Assembly: GCA_016218025.1 (NCBI GenBank)
Contig: JACRFD010000073.1
Coordinates: 4,001-68,000 of the forward strand
DNA from: Ignavibacteriales bacterium
GTDB taxonomy: Bacteria > Bacteroidota > Ignavibacteria > UBA10030 > SZUA-254
Length of the DNA stretch: 64,000 bases
Direction of reading: 5' to 3'
Below are positions 59,301-64,000 of this stretch, piece after piece. The position numbers were made by a program, and so were the translations under genes. Within the stretch, counting starts at the first letter, position 1, and each line of letters opens with the position of its first letter. Below the pieces are notes generated by a model. It had not been told where the DNA came from, made no database searches, and saw nothing but the letters and a program-made list of their open reading frames with translations.

Positions 59301-60374
59301 AAAGGATTGCGTGCAGCCAATGCAAATTTAACAGATCAATTTTCTCAGGGAAACAATATAACATTGCGTACCAACCGTTCTTTGTGGTCGGGCGCTTCTT
59401 TAGATTTGAATTGGAAGGTAACATGGAATTACAGCAGATCTGTAAATTTATCAACCGATGCTCTTGGTAATCCAATATTCAAGGATCAATCTATTAATGG
59501 AAGCGTGGAAAGATCTTTTATCTCTATACCGCCTGTTTTGTTCTTCAAGGTGTTCAAAAGTAATATGGAAAACGTCGGTAAAAAATACGATGAAATAATG
59601 TTACGCGAAAAAGGAAGTGAACAGGACAACGCGGTGAAAAGCCGTGAAGCTATTGCCGAAGCATTTGAGAAAGGAATGGAGGCACTCCCGTTTCTTTCAA
59701 AGATTCTCGGTCCTTATGTCCCCAGACCAAATTGGACATTCCGTTGGGATGGAATCGAAAAAACTGTCGGCTTGACTTCCATTTTCGATAGATTATCGCT
59801 GGAACATGCTTACAATTCCGGATTAAGAAAGGACTATCGGACAACCGCCGGTGGATCACAAGAAACGAATAGTGAAAGAATTAATTACGGATTTTCACCT
59901 TTGGCAGGTGTAAATATGACTTTCAAGCAACTGTTAAAAGGTAATTTCTCAGGGAATTTTAAATATAATTCCACAACTTCATACGATCTTAATTTATCAT
60001 CTACAAAACCAAATATTGTTTCAACACTCGCTCAGGAAATCTCATTATCACTCTCTTATTCAAGGCGTGGATTTTCAATTCCATTATTCGGATTGAATCT
60101 TCAAAACGATGTAGATATTACTATGACATTCTCGCGGACAAAAAATTCCAGAGTTCAATTTAAACCTGAGGAATTGTCGATCAATCCGGAAGGTCAACCT
60201 CAAGATGGAAGTACAAGAACACTGCTTGAGCCGAGAATCAGATATGTTTTGAGCAGCAGGGTAACTGCCGCTATCTTTTACCGATATACAAGCACTCAGC
60301 CCGATGCAACCGGATCACTTATCTTCGGGTCAACAACTAACGAAGCAGGAATCGATATACATATTTCAATTTGA
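53358..60374 (+). CDS. sprA: T9SS outer-membrane translocon SprA (Sov)
   Basis: 2338 aa with an N-terminal signal/anchor and beta-rich sequence throughout. Size and composition are characteristic of SprA. It shares the window with porU, porV and a porX-like gene. Confidence 0.85.
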   Translation: MTLFLEKSRSILLFPYQKSIVNGIVIALTIILTNVSYSQVPPPTVINTDSVTVSDSVKSIELPEARKDKKKTTTKIQIPDSLKRIQEWMKSVEDTSNLPSDTLWGEDENKWQEFNDSTARVNQWIHHRKDEPMVEFFPRGKYSLYLDVKSPAYKREFQIDSSGELVTIKESVNGLDVKVPLTMRLSEYIKNRIEYEKGNAWRVLAQQYTLKQGKDDLSGLLSSFTNISIPVPANPLTNIFGGNEINLRIGGSVDIRGAFRNTKSDQTTISTLDRSRNEPDFNQTVQINVGGTIGKKLNILADWNTQRTFEYENQLKIKYTGFEDEIIQSIEAGNVSLQTPSLVGGGAALFGIKAKLQAGPLSLTTLLSQKKGQTKELSVSGGSTATEGTIGLHEYSKRHFFVDTIYSKYFEQLHKQFPIEITPEIDQNRITMLDVWVSNVGTQGLRDGTVKTGKAFIDLPYHEHNERYISADTMNLTRTPDGFAEGNFVKLTIDKDYTFNPYNGYITMILTVNDADQAIAVTYTRANGQEFGGYMTDDDTTIYMRLVKPKSLFTNPDYYPAWDLMLKNIYPVKATNLKKEGFELTMWRRTEMAEQDQIQGKSLLEVLGLDRFDGDNSPRPDNKFDFIGDFTIDTKLGEVIFPSLRPFDLSIVQYFRSKNESVPDSLLFSDIYDTTAEAAQKNNLRNRYFMKVKAVGNQTTRYPLGFNIVEGSVQVLLNGKVLTPKIDYTVDYITGEVNILNSDAMLPNANVQVKFEQNDLFQIASKTLMGVRGEIATYPGTNLGFTILNLNQQTLSDKVRIGEEPTNNTMIGVDASTSANLPFLTEALDALPFFRSREMSTIRFGGEAAYMIPDPNTKKSTITGDGGKSIAYIDDFEGSRRTIPLPVMYTAWTIASNPAETFLSKTSSIEDISFSRAQLSWYNRLPTDVFTDYIWPNRKTRAGQNQVTVLNLDYDPNHRGVYNYSPKLDSTLHRKNIGGNTGNFDNYSERKKNWNGVMRYVGSIAAGILDQNISYLEVWVQANSNNIDDIRRGRLFIDIGRISEDVIPNRILNNEDANLNGVRNTGEDIGLDMKSDGEERIAFADFLSKNLSDPDVDSTDLSGDNYIQYGNGKDLRKFNGTEKNETDPAGMLPNSEDLNNNGSLDATDQYLEYELPLDTLFYDSSGVLSTNPYKVGGGGVTIENPVPWYQFRIPLMEVGKLVGGNDRQAILRNVQYVRMWVSGFSDPVSLRFAEINLVGNQWEERIQNDSLLKASVVNIEDNQQYSQEWYQLGIQREKDRTDPNQIIEANEQSLSLIIKDLPKGIYREVKKVFPGRALDLFNYKAMKMFVHGDPGFDDIVPTTYDAEGVPSGYDAELYVRFGSDTLNYYEYRQPIYRGWNVSKNNVDINFSELTSVKATKPDTFKGTFRVLVHPGDPTRTYGVRGNPSLRKIIEMSIGIKNIGKPLLNGEVWVNELRLVDVDNSPGIAYRFDTQLKLADLGQLNFNYNQTDPSFHGLDQRFGDQTTKINWAVNANVTVDKFLPQSWTQAGTTIPFSYSHTENLLKPKYLPNTDIVVAEAANRAAQKSGDPEDAKNVLTQSQTLNIRNTYAISNLRIAPPVDAWYVRETISKLGFGFNYNTSRDRDPSFLSKESWSWSLRMSYGVSLPANLYIQPFKKLFSGLFLLDEYKDWKLYFIPVTTISANTGGNRSRTLEIPRAAGSSVRDTRNFNAGKGFGFGWKFTEGGIANIAGDYSVSTDRTLNYLDNDFVGRDVRTLLKNLFFGGRDTRYGQKVSVGFKPKIPNLFDIPKYFDLSGNYSVSYGWSNSSQNSAISKGAGYDNNISLSLTFRLKSLTDPWFAFDEKKVQPARPVETKPKPEKPKADVQGDSTKQKTEPLPEEPTISSTEKLFSQAKLIAKYFIKVPLLDFETISISYSQTNGSKHNGVLGATGFKNFWGRMPFEGSRIDYGPSRIFQLGLINDPHGTLEYSPRSSFPFIGFKVNKGLRAANANLTDQFSQGNNITLRTNRSLWSGASLDLNWKVTWNYSRSVNLSTDALGNPIFKDQSINGSVERSFISIPPVLFFKVFKSNMENVGKKYDEIMLREKGSEQDNAVKSREAIAEAFEKGMEALPFLSKILGPYVPRPNWTFRWDGIEKTVGLTSIFDRLSLEHAYNSGLRKDYRTTAGGSQETNSERINYGFSPLAGVNMTFKQLLKGNFSGNFKYNSTTSYDLNLSSTKPNIVSTLAQEISLSLSYSRRGFSIPLFGLNLQNDVDITMTFSRTKNSRVQFKPEELSINPEGQPQDGSTRTLLEPRIRYVLSSRVTAAIFYRYTSTQPDATGSLIFGSTTNEAGIDIHISI

Positions 60375-60437
60375 TACCATTTGTAAATTTTTAGTATAAA
60401 AAATTTGTTTCCAATATCTTAATATTTAAGGTGTCAT

Positions 60438-62015
60438 GTGAATACACAAGGTTCTAATAAAGGTCGATTACTCTGGGTTGATGACGAAATTGAATTATTA
60501 CGTTCTCATATTTTATTACTCTCCGAAAAAGGATATCAGGTTGAAACTGCAACCAACGGCGAAGATGCTCTTGAATTAGTAAATAACAAACCGTTCGATC
60601 TGGTTTTTTTGGATGAAATGATGGCAGGAATGGGCGGACTTGAAACGCTTTCCAAAATAAAAGATATCAAACCCGAATTACCTGTTGTTATGATTACAAA
60701 AAATGAAACTGAGGGTTTGATGGAAGAAGCGATCGGGGGGAAAATAAGCGATTACCTTACCAAGCCGGTCAATCCAAGTCAGGTACTGCTGGCATGCAAA
60801 AAGTTTTTAGAAGGGAAGAAAATTACCGGCGCTACTGTTTCAAGAGATTATATAAAAGAATTTAATTCAATATCACTTGCCCTGAATGATAATCTAACAT
60901 TTCATCAGTGGATAGAAATTTACACAAAGCTAGTCGATTGGTCGATGGAACTTGATAATCATCCCGAGTTGGGATTGAATCAAACATTGAGCGATCAGTT
61001 CAGAGAATGCAACGGTGCATTCTCGAAATTTGTTGAGAAAAATTACCGTAACTGGTTAGAGCAGCAAAAGCGTCCAACGCTTTCGGTTGATGTGGTAGAA
61101 CGATATCTCATTCCTGAGTTGAGAGACACGAATAGATCTGTCTTTTTTTTCGTGATAGATTGTTTGCGGCTTGATCAATGGATGGCGATGGAAACAGTTC
61201 TAAGAGAATATTTTGATATCACGCGCGATTTTTATTATTCAATTCTGCCGACCGCAACTCCATATTCAAGAAATGCAATATTTAGCGGAACATGGCCCTC
61301 TGATATCGAGCTGCGATTTCCTGAAATCTGGGAAGAATGGGAAGACGACGATAATAGCCGCAACCGTTTTGAACATAAATTTTTGGATAACCTCCTGGAA
61401 CGAAGAAAAATTCAACTTAAACCTGAATCGAAATATATAAAAATATTGGATGCTGAATTCGGAAAGAACATCGAACAGAACATAACCTCGTATGCAAAAA
61501 ACCGGCTTACTTCCATAGTTGTGAATTTTGTAGATATGCTTGCTCACGGTCGGTCCGATTCACAGCTTTTAAAGGAGATCGCTCCAGATGAATCTGCTTA
61601 TCGATCTCTTACTTCATCATGGTTCAACCACTCTACTCTTTTTTCAATGCTTCGTACATTATCGAGACAAAAAAATGTAACGGTGATATTAACAACTGAC
61701 CACGGTAGCATTCGTTGTTTAAGAGGTGTAAAAGTGATCGGAGACCGGGAAGCATCGACCAATCTAAGATATAAATTCGGTAGAAATTTGAAGGTTGACG
61801 ATAGGCATGCGATATTTATAAAAAATCCGATCGAATATAAATTACCCAAACGATCTGTTACGGTGAATTATATCATAGCGAAGGAAGATTATTATTTTGT
61901 ATATCCAACAGACTATCATCAATATCTGAATAAATACAAAGACAGTTTCCAGCACGGCGGTGTTTCGATGGAAGAAATGATACTGCCGGTCATAAAAATG
62001 AAACCGAAACAATGA
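60438..62015 (+). CDS. porX: PorX-like response regulator (REC + PglZ/alkaline-phosphatase-superfamily domain), GTG start
   Basis: REC: LLWVDDE...DLVFLDEMMAGMGG...LTKP. PglZ region: FFFVIDCLRLDQW, PTATPYSRNAIFSG, VDMLAHG, TTDHGS. Confidence 0.8.
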   Translation: MNTQGSNKGRLLWVDDEIELLRSHILLLSEKGYQVETATNGEDALELVNNKPFDLVFLDEMMAGMGGLETLSKIKDIKPELPVVMITKNETEGLMEEAIGGKISDYLTKPVNPSQVLLACKKFLEGKKITGATVSRDYIKEFNSISLALNDNLTFHQWIEIYTKLVDWSMELDNHPELGLNQTLSDQFRECNGAFSKFVEKNYRNWLEQQKRPTLSVDVVERYLIPELRDTNRSVFFFVIDCLRLDQWMAMETVLREYFDITRDFYYSILPTATPYSRNAIFSGTWPSDIELRFPEIWEEWEDDDNSRNRFEHKFLDNLLERRKIQLKPESKYIKILDAEFGKNIEQNITSYAKNRLTSIVVNFVDMLAHGRSDSQLLKEIAPDESAYRSLTSSWFNHSTLFSMLRTLSRQKNVTVILTTDHGSIRCLRGVKVIGDREASTNLRYKFGRNLKVDDRHAIFIKNPIEYKLPKRSVTVNYIIAKEDYYFVYPTDYHQYLNKYKDSFQHGGVSMEEMILPVIKMKPKQ

Positions 62016-62443
62016 AAACGATTATTACAAAATCTGAAATCGAAACGATCAATTCAGGCAGAGAATTTTCGTTGAATATCAGAAGCGGAACAACTGTCGC
62101 TCTTTCGGGCGATCTCGGTTCAGGTAAAACCCGTTTCATAAAAGGTGTGTGTGACGGATTAGGTGTTCGTGAGCATGTATCAAGTCCGACCTTCACAATC
62201 GTAAACGAATATCGCGGTTCGACCTTAAAAATATTTCATTTCGATTTTTACCGAATAAACTCTGCCGCAGAATTAAAAGAAATCGGGTTTGAAGAGTACA
62301 TCGAAGGTGGAGGAGTATGTCTAATTGAATGGGCGGATAGAGTGCAGGAGATATTACCGGATAAAAGATACGATATAATTTTCAAACTCGGCAATAATGA
62401 ATCTGAAAGGATAATAACAATCGAGGAGTTGAAACCGGTTTGA
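62012..62443 (+). CDS. tsaE: tRNA t6A37 biosynthesis ATPase TsaE
   Basis: GDLGSGKTRFIKG P-loop and SPTFTIVNEY. ATGA overlap with the porX stop. Confidence 0.9.
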   Translation: MKTIITKSEIETINSGREFSLNIRSGTTVALSGDLGSGKTRFIKGVCDGLGVREHVSSPTFTIVNEYRGSTLKIFHFDFYRINSAAELKEIGFEEYIEGGGVCLIEWADRVQEILPDKRYDIIFKLGNNESERIITIEELKPV

Positions 62444-63159
62444 TAATATTGGGAATAGATACCGCAACCGCGGCTTGCAGCGTTGCCATTGCGGAAGAAA
62501 ATAAAATCATATCAGAAAAATCACTTTTAATTCCTCAAATTCATTCGGAGAAATTAGTTCCGCTTATTGATGAAGTCCTCAGTCAGGCAGGATTGCAAAC
62601 TCGCGACATCGATGGAATTTCGATTTCCATAGGCCCCGGATCTTTTACAGGATTAAGAATCGGTTTGAGCGTATCAAAAGGATTGGCGTTTGCAATCGAT
62701 AAACCGATTGTGTCGGTTGCAACTTTGCAAGCAATGGCTCTTGAAAAATTGTTGGATCATCAAACCGCCAATGCTGAAAATATTCTGTCGTTGATTGATG
62801 CCAGACGGGACGAAGTTTACTGCGCGATGTACAAAATTCAAAATAATAATCTTCAGGAACTCCTTCCAGCCGCGGCATGCACGGTTCAACAAATCTTTGA
62901 GAAGTCCAATAAATTTGATAAAATTTTTATTACTGGTGATGGTACTTTGAAATTTAAAAATTTTCTTGAAAAAGTTGAATCGGAACAATCATCTGCCTAT
63001 ATTACTTCATCCGGCGAAATATCGATAACTTCCGCTTCAGCAGTTGCGCTGATAGGAATTGAAAAACTTAAACGCGGTGAGATTGAAAACATCAGCAAGT
63101 TAGAGCCGCATTATTTGAAAGAATTTTATACGATAATACAACAACCAAAGGTTAAATAA
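62440..63159 (+). CDS. tsaB: tRNA t6A37 biosynthesis protein TsaB (TTG start)
   Basis: ILGIDTATAACSVAI N-terminus and GPGSFTGLRIG. Confidence 0.9.
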   Translation: MIILGIDTATAACSVAIAEENKIISEKSLLIPQIHSEKLVPLIDEVLSQAGLQTRDIDGISISIGPGSFTGLRIGLSVSKGLAFAIDKPIVSVATLQAMALEKLLDHQTANAENILSLIDARRDEVYCAMYKIQNNNLQELLPAAACTVQQIFEKSNKFDKIFITGDGTLKFKNFLEKVESEQSSAYITSSGEISITSASAVALIGIEKLKRGEIENISKLEPHYLKEFYTIIQQPKVK

Positions 63160-63161
63160 TC

Positions 63162-64000
63162 ATGGCATGGTTTCGACGATCTAAGGCAAGCATCAGCACC
63201 GATATGCAGAGGAAGGACATTCCTGACGGAATGTGGACGAAGTGCGACGGATGCGGGGAAATTATCCATAAAAAACAACTTGAACAGCAATTTTACACTT
63301 GCTCTAAATGCAGCTATCATTTCCGGATTGGAAGTAAAGAATACATTCAGATTTTAATAGACGAAGGAACGTTTAAAGAACTGGATCGCAAAATGAAATC
63401 AACCGATCCGCTGAGTTTTAAAGATTCGAAAAGTTATAAAGAAAGAGTAAAAGATTCAATAAGAAAAACAGAATTGTTCGATGCGGTAAGAACCGGCACC
63501 GGAAAGATAAATAACCAGGACGTTGTTGTTGGTATAATGGATTTCAGTTTCATCGGCGGAAGCATGGGATCGGTAGTTGGCGAAAAGGTTGCGCGTGCAA
63601 TAGACAAAGCAAGAAAAGATAAATCTCCGATGATAATAATTTCATCCAGTGGTGGTGCGAGGATGATGGAGGCAGCATATTCTTTGATGCAGCTTGCAAA
63701 AACTAGCGCCAAACTCGCCCAATTGTCAGATGAGGGAATACCATTTTTGTCTATTCTTACAGATCCAACAACCGGAGGAGTTACGGCGAGCTTTGCAATG
63801 TTAGGAGATCTAAATATTGCCGAACCCGGAGCTTTAATTGGATTTGCCGGTCCTAGAGTTATCAGACAAACAATTGGAAAAGATTTGCCTCCCGGATTTC
63901 AGAGATCAGAATTTCAACTTGACCACGGTTTTGTCGATACAGTGGTTCACCGGAAAGATATGAAAGAAACCATCTCTAAAATTCTTAAATTAATTTGGAA
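63162..64000 (+). CDS. accD: Acetyl-CoA carboxylase carboxyltransferase beta subunit (partial, runs off the right edge)
   Basis: Self-translated MAWFRRSKASISTDMQRKDIPDGMWTKCDGCGEIIHKKQLEQQFYTCSKCSYHFR (Zn ribbon), then FIGGSMGSVVGEK and SSGGARMMEA. Not in the track because there is no stop within the window. Confidence 0.92.
   Translation, partial: MAWFRRSKASISTDMQRKDIPDGMWTKCDGCGEIIHKKQLEQQFYTCSKCSYHFRIGSKEYIQILIDEGTFKELDRKMKSTDPLSFKDSKSYKERVKDSIRKTELFDAVRTGTGKINNQDVVVGIMDFSFIGGSMGSVVGEKVARAIDKARKDKSPMIIISSSGGARMMEAAYSLMQLAKTSAKLAQLSDEGIPFLSILTDPTTGGVTASFAMLGDLNIAEPGALIGFAGPRVIRQTIGKDLPPGFQRSEFQLDHGFVDTVVHRKDMKETISKILKLIW

Noticed and set aside
60438-62015. A PglZ domain could indicate a BREX or other phage-defence locus.
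   Set aside because: The PglZ domain is fused to an N-terminal receiver, which is the PorX architecture. It sits directly after sprA, and no BREX partners (a pglX-type methyltransferase, brxC, brxL) are visible in the neighbourhood.

Overview
AT-rich chromosomal segment, by gene content from a T9SS-bearing FCB-superphylum bacterium. The NYPNPFNPST-type C-terminal sorting domains suggest something Ignavibacteria-like, but that taxon guess is weak. Most of the window is tightly packed housekeeping: uvrB, comF, gap, pgk, ispG, a polyprenyl synthase, tatC, glyA, rpiB, gmhB, lptF/lptG, tsaE/tsaB and accD. Interleaved with these is a large share of the type IX secretion core: porU-porV (32.9-38.3 kb), sprA (53.4-60.4 kb) and a REC-PglZ porX-like regulator (60.4-62.0 kb). 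There are also further PorV/PorQ-like barrels and two proteins with C-terminal sorting domains (CTDs). I found no rRNA, tRNA, CRISPR array or transposase by eye. The points most worth a second look are: (1) Three copies (two intact, one decayed) of a cassette made of a four-helix-bundle gene (23S-rRNA-IVS/Avd family) bracketed by its own imperfect inverted repeat; one copy sits between gap and pgk. (2) A tight four-gene module directly behind porU-porV. It contains an M6-like protein whose HExxH is replaced by ASxxS, and a fusion of an HExxH domain, PD40 repeats and an Omp85-like barrel. (3) A multi-pass membrane protein translationally coupled to a degenerate sigma54-activator-like AAA/Fis protein just upstream of sprA-porX. 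(4) A protein built from six tandem Myb/SANT-like repeats. (5) A zf-HC2 anti-sigma-like gene and a sigma-like gene that share a 27-nt upstream motif. (6) An orphan MNT antitoxin next to a truncated HEPN toxin remnant. All family assignments come from motif recognition by eye, with no database search, and all repeat identities are hand counts.
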